A stretch of DNA of 64,000 nt, taken from assembly GCA_013239625.1 (NCBI GenBank), contig MU053557.1, forward strand, positions 5,653,842-5,717,841, read 5' to 3'. The position numbers and the translations under genes were made by a program. Positions 10,180 through 23,658 of the stretch are shown piece after piece (the stretch's first letter is position 1; each line of letters begins with the position of its first letter). Origin of the DNA: Lama guanicoe. Its lineage: Eukaryota. Below the pieces are notes generated by a model. It saw nothing but the letters and a program-made list of their open reading frames with translations. It was not told the DNA's origin and searched no databases.

Positions 10180-11420
10180 TCTTAAAACATAAGCAACAAA
10201 GAAAAATAGGTAAGTTATGCTTCAAAGGACACTATCAAGAGAGTGAAAAGTCAGCCCACAAAATAGGAGAAAATATTTACAAATTACATATCTGATAAGG
10301 GTCTAATTCCAGAATACCTAAAGAGCTATTATAACTCAACAATAAAAAGACAACCCAGTCTCGGGGGTAGGATATAGCTCAGTGGTAGAGTGTGTGTTTA
10401 GTATGCATGAGGTCCTGGGTTCAATCCCCAGTACCTCCATTAAGTGAATAAACAAACAAACAAATAAATAAATAAAACTAATTCCTCCCTCCCCCCAAAA
10501 AAGACAACCCAGTCTCAAATGGGAAAAGGATCTGAGTAGACCTTTTTCAAAGAAGATATACAGATGGTCAATAAGCACATGAAAAGATGCTCCACATTAT
10601 TAGTCATTAGGGAAATGCAAATCCAGGCCACAATGAGGTATCACTTCACACCCACTATGATGGCTATAATCAAAAAGATAATAACAAATGGTGATAAGGA
10701 TGTGGAGTAATTGGAACTCTTACATATTGCTAGTGGGAAGTAAAATGGTACAGTTACTTTGGAAAACAATTTGGTAATTTCTCAAAAAGTTAAATACAGA
10801 GTTACATATGACCTAATAACTCCACTCCTGGATATCGACTCAAGAGAAATGAAAACATATATCCATACAAGAACTTGTACACAAATGCGCACAGCACCAT
10901 CATCCGTCATAGCCCCAAAGTGAAAGCAACTCAAATACACATCAAATAATGAGTGAGTAAACAAAATATGGTATATCCATACAATGGAATATTATTATTA
11001 AATAAGTATTATTTATTTAATTCAAAAAAGGATTAATATTACAATAAAACTAATTTTTTGAAAAAGGAATTAAGTACTGGTTCATGCCACAAAATGGATG
11101 AACTTTGAAAACATTATGCTAAGTGAAATAAGCCGGACACAAAAGGCCGCATATTCACATAAATTCCATTTATGTGAAATGTTGAGGCTAGGCAAACCAT
11201 AGAAACAGAATGTAGATTAGCAGTTGCCAGGGGCTGGGGGGAAAGGGGACGGAATGATTGTAACGGGTGTGGGGTTTCCTTTCAGGATGATGAAAATATT
11301 CTGGAATTAGACAGTGATGAAGATTGCACAACTCTGCGGATACATGGAAAACTACTGAACTGTATGATTTTAAAAGCTTGAATATTATAGTATGTGAATT
11401 TATAGCTCAACTTAAAAAAA
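10180..11420 (+). mobile_element. L1 (L1MA/MB-like) ORF2 end and 3' UTR, interrupted by a SINE
   Basis: Degenerate ORF2 C-terminal DNA (ataagcacatgaaaagatgctc...attagggaaatgcaaatc) followed by a typical 3' UTR ending in an A-tract near 11413-11420. Confidence 0.85.
10363..10497 (+). mobile_element. tRNA-derived SINE (Vic-1-like) with perfect TSD
   Basis: tagctcagtggtagag...ggttcaatccccagtacctcca; TSD aaaaagacaacccagtctc at 10344-10362 and 10498-10516. Confidence 0.92.
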
Positions 11421-11429
11421 GATTACTTG

Positions 11430-13630
11430 TTAATGATGGCTAGAACACATATACCTTTGCTTCCTCTTTCACTGGGCTTCTGTCACTAAAATAACAAATT
11501 GCCTTTTTCCTTTTTTTAAAGTGTAAATATAAAATTTACAAAGAAAACAGAATACAAAGCAGCAGGATTTTGGAAGCTGGAAGGCAGGTGGATTAGAGGT
11601 AGTCCCTAACAGACCCCAGAAAGCTTAATCCTAAACCTGCAGCTAGAAAAGCTGAGGAGCCACCTACTTATATTGAACAGGCTCAGGCATTGGGGTAGGA
11701 GGCCCCTGGGTGGGAGTACAGGTGGGGCTAAAAAGAGGATTGGTTGGAAGTTTGTTTAAGAAGCAGTTGGATATCCACGTCCTCTCCCTCCCTAAGATTT
11801 GAAGTCTATCCCTAGGCCCAGGGCAGGGGATGGGCCCAGTTTGGAAGCTATGAGTCCCAGCCCTCTCCCCCACCCACTTCCCAGAATGCTAGAAGCCAGG
11901 CCTTCTCTCTCCAGGCAATAAATTAAAGGATCCTTCTCCAGAGAGCATGACCATCCCACAAGGAATGATGTAAAGTTTCTCATCAATGAAACAACACAGC
12001 CAGATAACCCTACAGGGAAGCCCTCAGTGAATAAGCCCTACTTACTGGTCACAGGTTCCACATGATTTTTTAGACAATCAAGGCTCATGGGACATCTGAA
12101 GAAAACCTCTAATATAAAAGAGAGTAAACAAAACAAATAACCAAACTCCAAAAAAGCACCATGGGGGAAACAAACAGCCATTAATAAACAGCCTTAGGGA
12201 GATAAAGGATGATATTGTACCCATGAAACAAGAATAGAAAGCTATAAAGATAGAAGTACTATTAGAACAAAACCCCCACATCTCTTAAAGATTAAAACTA
12301 CAAAGGCAGATATTAAACAATAAGTAGATAAAAGATAATTTTTTTTAATCTCCTAGAAGGTAAACCAAAAGATAAAAGGAAAAAAATAGAAAAAGTAAGA
12401 GAATTAAAGACCAGCCCAGGAGGTCCAAAAGCCAAATATCAGAGTTCTAGAAATAGGGAAGAGAGAAAATACAGGGGAAGATGTCAGTGAAATAATCCAG
12501 TTCTATTTCCAGAAATTGAAGACATAAATTTCCAAACTGAAAAGGCCCAGTGAATACCAAGGACAAGGTACCAGAATAATTTCATGCCAAGGCATATCAA
12601 ATGAAGTTTCAGAAAAATAAAGACAGAGAAGATTCCACAGAAAGGAAAAAACAGGACAGATAGAAAGTCCCAGGAACCAGAATGACTTTGGACTTCTTAG
12701 CAGCAACCTTTGAAACCAGAAGATATTGGGTCAATGCCTTCAAATTTCTATGGGAAAATGATTTATACCCTAAAATGTTTACTGAGCCAAATTATCAACT
12801 AGGTATGAGGGCATCATTAAGATATTTTCAGACATTCAGTATCTCAAAAATTTTTCCTTCCTCAGAAAGCTTCAAAGAACACCAAAACAAAAGTGTTCAC
12901 TAAAAATAAAGGAAGACTTGGGTCATGGGAAACTAAACTTTAACTCACGAGAGAGAACGGGGATCCCTGGGATGACAGTACGGTGAAGTCCTGGGAGTTA
13001 AGTATAGCAGATCCACACTGGATCAGGCCCAAAGGCTCTGAAAGACATTTCCTCAACAAGACAAAACTGATAGATACCTGACATGTCTGAACACACTGAG
13101 AGGCAATTTAGATCATTTTTAGACAGTATGAGGTTGAATTCTGATAAATTCATAGAAAATTAAGCAAATGAGAAACCAAGACAACTATTAACTCTTGGGA
13201 AAACAAAGGAGATGACTAGTCATCATACTATATACTATGCAGCTCAGCTATGAATGGCATTTACATTGTCTTAATATGGTAAAGTGTGAATACCGATCTA
13301 ACTAAAAATAGAGGCATTGGAGAGGATGCGAGGACAGGAGGAGTCACCTAGGGAGACAGAGGAAGAAAGAGGGCTAAATCTTTGTCTTCCACAGTGAAAA
13401 GCCAACCAGATGTTTAAAACTGAAGAATCAAACAGTAACAGTACCAGAAGTCATTCAGAGATACGGAGGTAAATACCAAAAGAATCAGCGAAAAGTGTTA
13501 TAAAGTGGCATGAAAAGGAAGGTGAAGAACTGTTGGTTTTCACAGCCAGCCTTTTAGAAGGATTTGGTTCTCTAGATACGTGAATTTATAACTTTGATAC
13601 AAATTAAAATTACATTTAAATAAAAACAAA
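11430..13630 (+). mobile_element. HAL1-like (ORF1-only L1 derivative) or old L1 5' part
   Basis: ORF 12682-12903 MTLDFLAATFETRRYWVNAFKFLWENDLYPKM resembles the L1 ORF1p C-terminal region; no ORF2 remnant follows; A-rich end near 13600-13630. Confidence 0.6.
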
Positions 13631-13869
13631 TGCATCAAAGTCAGTTGATTCTAAGCTGACTGTGATAACAAAATGGCAGTCTAAAGCCTTTTCCTTGTGA
13701 AGAAGCTTTAGGCCAAAGCTGAAGATGACCTAAAAGGTCATCCGGTCCTCACCCACAGGAGGCTGAAGATAATTCCAGCTAGGAGGATGGGTTGGAAGAC
13801 AGCTCCCTCCTTCTCTTCTAATAGACTAAGAGGTCTCACTTGTCACAGAGGTCAGGACTCAGGCCTGAC

Positions 13870-14900
13870 TAGATATGGACAGAAGGGTGAGACCAGGATG
13901 CTGCTAAGTTTTCCTGCTTGGATGACGGAGAAGATGATGTCATTCACAGAAACAAGAAGTCCTTGGCACATTTGAGGAACAGAAAGAAGTACAGTGCGTC
14001 TGAGCCTAGTGAGTGAGGGGGAGAGTGGTTTCGGATGTTGCTGCAGGGACAGGCCAGAACAGGATGGTGCAGGCTTGATGCAGCTTAGGTATTATTCCAA
14101 GGACAGTGGGAAGCTGGTGGAAGGTGTCAGGCAGGGAGGGGCTGGGGCTGGTTTATGTTTTAAAATGATGTGTGGCATAGAGATTTACAGGGGGCAGGAG
14201 TGGGAACCTGGAGATCAGTTAGAAGCAAAGTAGTTTAGGTGAGAGATGGTGGTGACTTCAGGTGGTGGTGAAGACAGGGAGAAGTGGATGGGTTTAACAG
14301 CTGTTTTGAAGGTAGAAACGTCAGGACTTGCTGTGGGAGTGAGGTGAGAGATGGTGCCAGGTTTAGAGCTATACAATGGATGGTGGCATTCACTGAGATG
14401 GGGAATTTGGGAGAACGCATTCCAGGCCAGGTAGACCCCAGAGTTTTGATCCCGGCTGTATGCTGTGTGACACCTACACCTACATGTAGACATCAAGTAG
14501 ATGGTTGAAGATACCAGACTGAAACTTAAAAAAAGAGTGAACATATACATTTGTAAATTGTTAACCTGCAGACAATATTTTAAACCATGGAACCAGAACT
14601 CAGCTCTGGGGACCCTCAATCTATAGAGATGCAATGCGGAGAAACGCTGAGCAGTACAGAGTAGTCAGGGAGCAGAAGGAAAATGGGGAGAGGGTGTGAT
14701 CACAGATCCCAATAACGGAATGAAGGAGCGTCAGTTGTGTCAAATACTAATGAGAGGACAAGGAAGACAACCACTGAGAAATGCCCGCTGGACCTGGCCA
14801 CGTGGAGGTCATGAGAGATCTTGACAAAAGCAAGACTGAGAATTGGGTTGTGAGGTGACCAGGAGGGAAGAAGTGAAGCCAGCATGGAAGGGAGAGCAGA
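13870..14900 (-). mobile_element. L2 LINE remnant
   Basis: ORF 14700-14885(-) LAFVKISHDLHVARSSGHFSVVVFLVLSLVFDTTD resembles the L2/CR1 RT motif (ALVKVTNDL...LLDLSAAFDTVDH). Confidence 0.75.
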
Positions 14901-16649
14901 GAGGTGGGGGCAGCCCCTGGAGGATGCAGGTCATGGTGTTCCAGTATGTTTGTCCAGGTGGGAAATACTCAGGAGGGAGGGACTGATAATGCTGAGGAGG
15001 AGGGGTTCTGGACAGCGAGTCCCTGGTGCTTCCACAGGGCTGCTCTACAGCTGAGGGGCTCTGCTGCCCAGCCTCCTCTCCAGGCAGGAGTGGTCCTAGA
15101 CTGCCTCTCCTCTAAGGCAGCCAAACCTGCTCCCTGCCACTTCTTTTCCTGCTCCCCAGCTCTCCGACTTCCCTACTCAGCCTGGCAGCTTATTTCCCAA
15201 ATGCTGCCACCAACAGCCCTGTCTATCCAAAGTATTTGAGGAAAAAGTAAGACTTCCTGAATTATATCAAGGCCTTGGCTCCTGACTTTTTCGATTTGGT
15301 GGAGCTCTGTCTCAGCTCTTCGATTGAGTGTAAATTATTTCAAGTGTTTTCTCATTGTACTGTCACAATGGCCCCGTGAGTCTCAGGGAGATTAAAAGAG
15401 ATGTACAAATACTAGCTAAGTGCCAACAAGTGGCAAACCCAGGATTTGAACCCAGGTCCTAGCTATCTGCAGAGGCCATTCTCTTAATTACCATGCCTTA
15501 CTGCCCCCAACAGACCCCTCACTCACTGTGACCAGTCTTAGTGAAGGCCATGCCTCCTGTAGCCCCTATTTCCAAGGGGATGGATTCCTTCCCAATCTTT
15601 GCTTCATGTGGCAATTTCTACCTCCATTACTCTCCAGACCAGCTTAGTATCAGTTCACTAGTTCTGTCCTACTCAAGAATGATCCTTTTTGAGCATTTCC
15701 TCACATCCCTGGGCATCTGCTTAGATGCCTCCAGAGACAGAGCTCACTACCTCCATGAGCAACTGTTCTAGGCAGTAGAATAGTGTGGCAATCCAGAGTG
15801 TGGACTTCAGTTGGTTGAATCTCAACTCTGCTTCCTACTAGCATCCTATGCCTCAGTTTCCTCAGCTGTAAAATGGTATTAATAGTAGTATCTACTTCCT
15901 AGTATCATTATCAGGACTAAATAAGATCCTGCCTTAAGTTGCTTGGTAAGTGCTTGATTAAGATTTAGCTACTGACACTATCATCACTGTAATTTTTCTG
16001 GAGGTAGAGCTACAACTTGCTCCCTATAACCTCCACCCTTTGGGCCTAGCCCTGCCCCAGGGAATTCCACCCTCTTTTGCACTCCTTGCAGGTCATTCCT
16101 TTTGTCCTGCATTTCTCAATTTGCATTTTTCCCTGATGCCAGATTTCCTTTTTTTTGCAAGCTCAGTTTGTTCATAACACTAACATGATTTTCCTAAGAT
16201 CATGACTTCCGCCTAGTTGTTTGCCAGGCACCTCAGTGTTGCCAAACATGTAGCTCGGGGGTGGGACAACGGTAGCTTCGATGCCTCTCGCCTCCTGCCC
16301 TCACAGGCCTGCTTGTTTGTTTCCAGGCTTTTGCATTTCCTGGATTTGGATTCTCTGTCAGTGGGCCTCACTGAATGCATATCCTAAGCATCTACCATCC
16401 GGGAAGGATTATGTCAAGATGAAGAGCCCAGACTCTAGAGCCAGACAGAGCCAAGCTGAAACCCAGACTCTTCTGCTTACTTGCTATGTGATCTGGTCCA
16501 AGAAGCCTCCCTGAATCTCAGTTTCTTTATCTGTAAAATTAGACTAATAACAATCTTGCCTATTTCATAAGATGCTACCAGGACTGACTAAGATAATGTG
16601 TATAAAACTAGTGCCTACCTCAATAAATGTTTGCCATTAATATTCTAGT

Positions 16650-16785
16650 GCCGTACTGTCTAACAAGGCAGCCACTGGCCACATGTGGCACCTGAAGCCT
16701 TAAAATGTGGCTAGGCTGATTTGAGATGTGCTGTAACTGTAAAATACACATTAGATTTCAAAAACTTAGTACAAAAAGAAAAATT
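16650..16785. mobile_element. hAT-Charlie MITE fragment (MER33/MER3-like)
   Basis: gcagccactggccacatgtggc...aaatgtggctag...gagatgtgctgta...aaaatacac; similar to 44388-44520. Confidence 0.7.
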
Positions 16786-17495
16786 TTCCCCCCAGTGAGG
16801 GAAAGAGAAATGGTGTATTTGGTTTGGGGGCATGTGATTTTTCAGTCACCGCACCCGTCTCCTAGAATGTACTTGAGCTGTCAGGGCTCCTGAGACATTA
16901 CAGAAATCCAATCTCCTATCTGTGAAGATGGGGTAACTGAGGCCCGTAAGAAATGGGCTATATCTAGGGTCACAGAAGTTAATGGTGGCAGAACCCAGAC
17001 CCCCCACCCCCAGCTTGTGGCTTCCTGTCAGTATGTTGCCACCTGATGGCCACCTATGTATGACTGCTACGAGCTCCAGAGCCAGGGGACTCCCTTCAGG
17101 AGCAGCACTCTGCTGCCATCTACTTCCTAAGCCTCTGCAGAGACGCAGACAGGGAGGGTCTTCCTCTTTCTACTCAACCCGATTGCGATGAGCCCCAGCC
17201 TGCCAGGGGGAAGGCAGCATAGTGACTGAGGAGGGCACGAAGTGTGGCTGGTTACAGACAAGTGCAGGTTTGAATCTCTGCTCTGCCCCTTTCTAGTTTT
17301 GTGCCCCTGGACAAGTCACTTAACTTCTCTGGCCCTCAGTTTCCCCATATGTAACATGTGGATAATAACAGTACTTATTTTAAAGCAACGGAACGAGGTA
17401 ATACCTGCAATTTTAGTCAACAATTATTTACAGCAACACGACTTAACACACTGTTCCTGGTGTCAGGACACAGCAGTGACCTAAACAGACAAGTC

Positions 17496-17625
17496 CAGTG
17501 GTTCTCCAAGTGTGGTCTCCAGGCTACCAGCACCAGCCCTACATGGGAACTGGTTAGAAATACAAATCTTCAGGCAGGCCTCCATCCCACATCTCCTGAA
17601 TCTGACGCACGCTGAAGGCTGACAA
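17496..17625. mobile_element. MER5-like hAT MITE
   Basis: cagtggttctccaagtgtggtc...tgggaactggttagaaatacaaat...ctgaatc. Confidence 0.7.
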
Positions 17626-18834
17626 CTGTTGGACTTGGAGACACAGACCTATACATCAGGTGGGGTTAAGTGCTATGAATGTGGCAGGTACATAGCTTGA
17701 GAATGATGGCCAGAGGTGGGGCAGGGGGCAGAAACATTAATTGATCTGTGATCAAGGAAGGACTATCTGATAAGGTCAGACAGACCGTCCAGCAAATATC
17801 TGAAAGCAAGTATCTAGAGAAAAGGGAATGTCCCCTTAAGATATTTACCGTATAAAATAAGTCCTAGGGCTATAGTATACAGCATGGTGTCTATACTTAG
17901 GAACTGTAATCTTTATTCTAATCAACCAAACATCCAGCTAAAAATTGAGACTGCTATTTACAACAGAATATGAAGCACGTTGGGGAACAACTGTCTCTGT
18001 CACACTAAGCTTCTAATGTAACTAGTCTTTGGGGGTCTGGCTTACACTTGTATGCCCCCAATCATGGGGCGATCACTCTCTCAGAAGCAGTTTTATTCCC
18101 TTAGCAGCTCTCTTAGAAAACTCTTCTTTACCTAAGGCTTAGATCTCTCTCTCTACAACTCCTACCCACTGGCACCTTAGGACTACGTGCAACAAGACTG
18201 CCTGCTCCCTCTTTCAAGATAGAACTCTACCTACTTGAAGTCCCTTACACATCTTCTCTTTAGACAATCTAAGGTCAACAACGCTCCCCTGAGGCCATGT
18301 TTTGGGAAAGGTTTTCCAGATCCTGTATTAAGAGGCTGAGGATGCCCGCGAAAGTATTCTCCTGGGCGGAGAGCCATGACACCATCACCTAGGTCAATGA
18401 AGCTAACTGGAAGCAGAAACAACAGGCAAGATCTCAAATGTAGATGGTTTTCTCCCAAGACTTGCTTTTGTTTCTACAAAGAGCCTAGGGAACATTCCTA
18501 CCTGGGACATTAGGCCTGATATCTGAACAATATGAAGGTCAAGTTTAGTTCCCTAACCTTGGGGCTGAGAAGCCTAAGCTTAACCTCCTGGCACTGATTC
18601 TGTATTTGCCCTGAGGGCCACTCCGTCTTTCTCTGCCTGTAACTCTGCTCCCTAATTCCATTTCATCTTGATTTCCTTTTTCTCATTTCTTTAGGACCCC
18701 TGCGGATTTTCTTTACTTCCTTGGATCCCAGGAATACATGTTTGTTTTAATGTATCCAGGAGCTAGAAAAGCCCTTCAACTATTTAATTGACTAAACGAC
18801 AGAAGATAGAAGCCCATTCATCTGTTCTCTTAAT

Positions 18835-19450
18835 GATTCATCAAACACATCTTTATTGAGCCCCTACTTGTGCAGACTGGGCTGGGTGCTGGGCTGGCAG
18901 ACACTGAACAAGACATTCTGTCTCTCCCAAAGATTAGTGAGTAAACAGGCTATTAGAATAGAGGGAGACCAGTGGTACCACGGGGAGAATAGGGGTGCTG
19001 TGGGAATTGGGTGGAGAAGCACTTTGAGGGGCATCCAGGAAGATAACTTTGAGAGAGTGCTGAAAAACAGATTCCAACAGGTGAGCGGAAAGTGGTGAGG
19101 GAATAGGGGAGAGGAGATACTGAAGGAGCCAAGCTGGGATGGGGAAGCATGGGCAAAAGACTGAAGGCACCAAGAACTGGAAAAGTGAAAGGAACTAGGT
19201 TTGGCTTGGGCAGTGAGAGGGTGAAGGTTATGGAAGAGTCAGATAAAACACTGGAGAATCAAGATTAGATTTTAGACTGAAGAGGGGTGGGGGTAAATGA
19301 GCAGAGGAGTGACATAATCCAATTAATTTTAGGTCACACAGCTGCAGTGTGGCTTAGGGATAAGCAGGGGCCAGAAAAATAGGGAGACTTGTTAGGAGAG
19401 AGGCTGCTTCAGGAACTCAGGTCAGAGAAAGGAGCCAGGAGAGGCAGGGA
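18835..19450 (-). mobile_element. L2 3' remnant
   Basis: ttcatcaaacacatctttattgagcccctacttgtgc is the reverse complement of the L2 3' terminus, followed by purine-rich antisense L2 body. Confidence 0.6.
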
Positions 19451-21706
19451 CCATCTCTAGGGCACTGGTTGAGGATGCACTTACAGCTTGGCTCGCCTGC
19501 CAAGGTTGGGCTTCCATGGTCTGCAGTCTCAGGCAGGCAACAGTTCATCTAGTTCTGCCCTGTCCACCTCAGTGGCCAATAGGTTGCTACACTCCAACCT
19601 AAACTGCACAAATTAGCTCTCCTTGCAACTTGCAAACAAAACCTTTAACTGTTTTCAAAGACCTGGCTGATTGCAAACCTGGTTACCAGGAAACAGCAGG
19701 ACAAGTTGCAAAGTCCCATCACAGGAAATAAAAAGAATGCTCTAGCAAGCGCCAGGATTTTTCTACCAGGATTCCAGCCAGTTGTCATTCATGTTGCTTG
19801 GCAGAACTGTACAGGCATAATAATAGCAGCAGCTTCTTCAGTGCCAGGCACTATGCTCAACGCTTTAATCTTATTTAATTCTTGTGATATCCTATGAGGC
19901 TGCCATTATTACAGCAATTTTCACCAAATGGCTGAGGTTAACTTGCCTAAGGTTAGAGTCCAAACTCTAGTTAGGTACCACATCCTTAAAAAATAGACAG
20001 CAGGAAAGCACCCTCATTTTCACCCCAGTAAGTTTATTTTGGAATACTTTGAGATTTACCAAAAAGTTACAAAGGGAGGGCATTTCTGTATACCACCCAT
20101 CCCATTTTCTCTAATATTAATATCTTACATTTGTCAAAACTAAGCAACACATGTACATTACTAATTGGATTCCAGATTCAGATGTTATGTTTCTGCACTA
20201 ATGCCCTTTCTGGTCCAGGATGCATTGCACTGTTATCACATCCCTCCTTCAGCTCCTCTGGTCTTAGGTCCTTGCTTTTCATATCTTCTAAATTCAAATG
20301 CTGATATGCTGTAGAATATCCTCTAATTGGATGGGTTTTCAGAAACATCAGAGGTTCTTCTCATCTTATGTCAGAGAACTGTCAACATGACCTATCACAA
20401 GCGACAGGAACCTTATGGCTAGGGAAGCATATGACAGTTCTCTCCAGAGCCAAGTTAGCATTTTCCCTCTTCCTTATTCTTTTCATATTCTATTTCATTC
20501 TTTGGAAAAGTGAGTAAGGTTAGCCCTTACTCAAGGGGAGGGAAAATTAAGTTCCACTTTTTGGAAGGGGGAAGAGTCTACTTACACTATTTAGAACCTT
20601 TTATAAGGATGATTTGTGTCTTGTTCATTTATTAAAATCACTTAGATCAGCACAGATTCATTTTATACGTCAGATGGTAATCACATTTTTAAGATGAAGC
20701 AAGAGATTGGTAAGAGGACTTGTCTATCATCACAGGGTAGTTGGCAGGAGCCATGGTTAGACTCACCTCTCCAGGACTCTTCCAAGTGGGAAGAGTTGTT
20801 AAGTATACGGTCTGTGTATCCAGGAAGTGGAATGTCATTCAGTAATAAAAAGGAATGAGGTGCTGAAACATGCTATGCGAAGAACCATGAAGCATTAAGC
20901 TTGCCTCTCAGCACAGCAGTCACCATCACAGGGCCTTGGCTAATTCTTCGCAGAACACTCAGTACCATCTGGTGCCACTGGGTCCTCGGAGCTGGATGCA
21001 AGCTTCCGGAAAGCAAAAACTTTTCTTTTCCATCACAGATGAAAATAGGGCTCGGTATGTGTTTGTGGGGTGACTGAATCTTTATGTACTTTATGTACTC
21101 ATGTGGAACAACCTCCAAGATCTGCCAAGTGAGAAAAAGCAAGATGCAATAGAGTGCGCTCCCAATTTTGCACAGAAGGTATGGGGGGCGAGTATACACC
21201 CACACGTGTTTATATACGGCTCATGTCTGGAAGGCTCTTCTGCTCAGGCTACACTTGGCTCAACAGTTTCCACTCCACTCTGGCTCTTTAAGAATTGGTC
21301 CATTTTTGGAACCAACACCTCTTCTTTCAAAACAAGGTCTCCAAGGCCTTGGTCTGCTTTAGATGACTGAGGTAACTTAATGCTACCACTAGCAGTGTAG
21401 GAAAGATCCAACTGCAGCATCAGTTTCTCACCCCTCCTTAGGCTCCTCCTAGGAGATCAGTTCACAGAACATACAGCAGACACTGAATGAGGAGTACCTC
21501 TTGTGTTCCTGTTTGACAGGTTACATACATTCTCTGAAGCAACGTAATCTATTAAATGACTGCTGGTTTATCAATGCACCCATGACCTCAAGTCAGTCCC
21601 ACACCCTGGCTAAATGTAGACAGGAGGAAGGAATCAAATGTCCCCAAGGGATGGCCCCTACACAAAGGAGAGAAGACTGGAGTCAAAAGAGCTTACATGA
21701 AGGCAA

Positions 21707-21712
21707 TTTATT
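21707..21712 (-). terminator. RPS14 polyadenylation signal AATAAA
   Basis: tttatt on +, 30 nt after the RPS14 stop codon. Confidence 0.88.
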
Positions 21713-21742
21713 AACAGAAAACCATAATTTGAGAAGTCCTGT

Positions 21743-21810
21743 TCACAGACGGCGACCGCGGCGACCCCCCTTCCTGCGGGTGCTGTCAGAGGGAATGGGG
21801 GTGACGTCCT
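21743..21810 (-). CDS. RPS14: RPS14 (uS11) last coding exon
   Basis: CACAG| then [25 protein letters not shown]; 68 nt; four exons total 456 nt = 151 aa + stop. Confidence 0.98.
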
Positions 21811-22610
21811 CTGTGGGGAGGAAGAGAAAACATCATTGCTTGGAGCTGGATGCAAAAGGGGTCCAGGCTTCCCAAGGTCTATCAGATCAGCAGTGGATCC
21901 TGCTGCTTTGCAAGGAGTCCTCGGGATATAACAGATGGATGTGGAGCTGCCCCACCTGCTGCTTCCTCAAAATTTCTGATATGGTTTGAACTCACTTTCC
22001 TGAAGGGGAAACTGAGGCTGAGAGGGTAGGCAACTTGAATAGAATGTCAGAGGCAGGTGACAAATCCAGGTTTCTGACACCTAGGCCACTAATTTTGATG
22101 GAAAAAAATTCTCCCAGCGTAACTGAAGAATCTCTCCTTTTTAATAGGTAAAGGTTAAAAATGTTCTGAAATGAAAACCTGTTGAGAGGGCTGGAGCACT
22201 GGACTGAGGAATCAGCATACAGTGCCACCAAAACAAAGCAAGGGCTGTAAGCAGCCAGATCTCAGCAAGAGGGTTTGATGCTACACAAACACAGGGAACT
22301 GCTGGGATTCTCAACCACGGGGGCTGCTGCCCCCTCCACAGATTTTTGTCTGTCACAGTGACTGGCCTCCCTACTGATACTTAGTAGTCAAGGACCACAC
22401 AGGAGACAGCCCCCACAAAATGCCAACAGTATCCCCCCTTGAGAACACCAGAAAAGGACATCTCCTGTTAGTTCCACCAGCCACCACTGGGCAGAGGTTC
22501 AGAAATGAGAAGGTGCTGTCCCAATGCAGGAAGACATTCACATCAAGGTGACATGGGTGTTCAGGAAGTTTGTCATACAGCACCTCTTGCAGCCCCCACT
22601 AACAAACCTA

Positions 22611-22823
<213 letters not shown>

Positions 22824-23019
22824 TTATTAAAATCCTTTGGCCAAGTCATAGGGTATTCTAAGATTCCACAACCCTCTAATTCAGAGGTCTGCAAATTTTC
22901 TGCAAAGGGCCAGGCAGTAAATATTCCAGGCTTAGTGGGTCACTTACAGTTTTCCCTCATGGGTCAGAGCCTGTACCCTGTTGCTGACAGCCTGTTTGCC
23001 TCTTCTAGTCACCTGCTAT

Positions 23020-23610
23020 GATTCTTTGATGAACTGCCCATTTTCATCCTCCCAAGACCAAGACACTATCATCTCTCCACTGGACCACTTTAACAACTTC
23101 CTATGTGGTCTGTTTCCAACACAGCAGTCATCTTAAACCCTAATCTCATCAGCTCATTACTATTAAAAAGTTTTTATTCCCTTCACCACCCACCAAAGAC
23201 CAAATCCTTACCAGGTTCTTCAAGACCCAGCAAGCCCTCACCCGCATCTCTCCCTGACCACACTCCAAGCCATTCTTTCCCACAGATGTGCCAAGCTCAT
23301 TCCCACCCCAAGACCTTTTCCTTCCAGTTGTCTCTGCCTGGAATACTCTCCCTTGTCCTTTCTTCTCAGGACCAACTCCTGATACAACATTGAGGTCTCA
23401 GTTTAAACTTTATCACCAACCTGTCACCTCACTTTTGCTTCCCAACACTTGCCACAAACAGAAACCACCCGCTCCCCTGTTCTATATTGTTTAGTCTGAC
23501 TCTCCACCAGCCTAAGAGCCACACAGGAGGATGGAAACTATATCTTCCTTCCCCCATCACTCTCTTCTAGTACCTGGAGCACAGTGCCTAGTGAGTACTC
23601 AAGTAACACA
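23020..23610 (+). mobile_element. L2 3' remnant in an RPS14 intron
   Basis: Pyrimidine-rich L2-like body ending cctggagcacagtgcctagtgagtactcaag. Confidence 0.6.
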
Positions 23611-23658
23611 GTAAGCTGAGGCGGGGGAGGGAGCAAGGAAGGGTGCAGGAACCAATCA

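Noticed and set aside
10363..10440. tRNA gene (also at 9709 and 43170)
   Set aside because: A/B boxes are present but with A-rich tails, TSDs and a degenerate cloverleaf, so these are SINEs.
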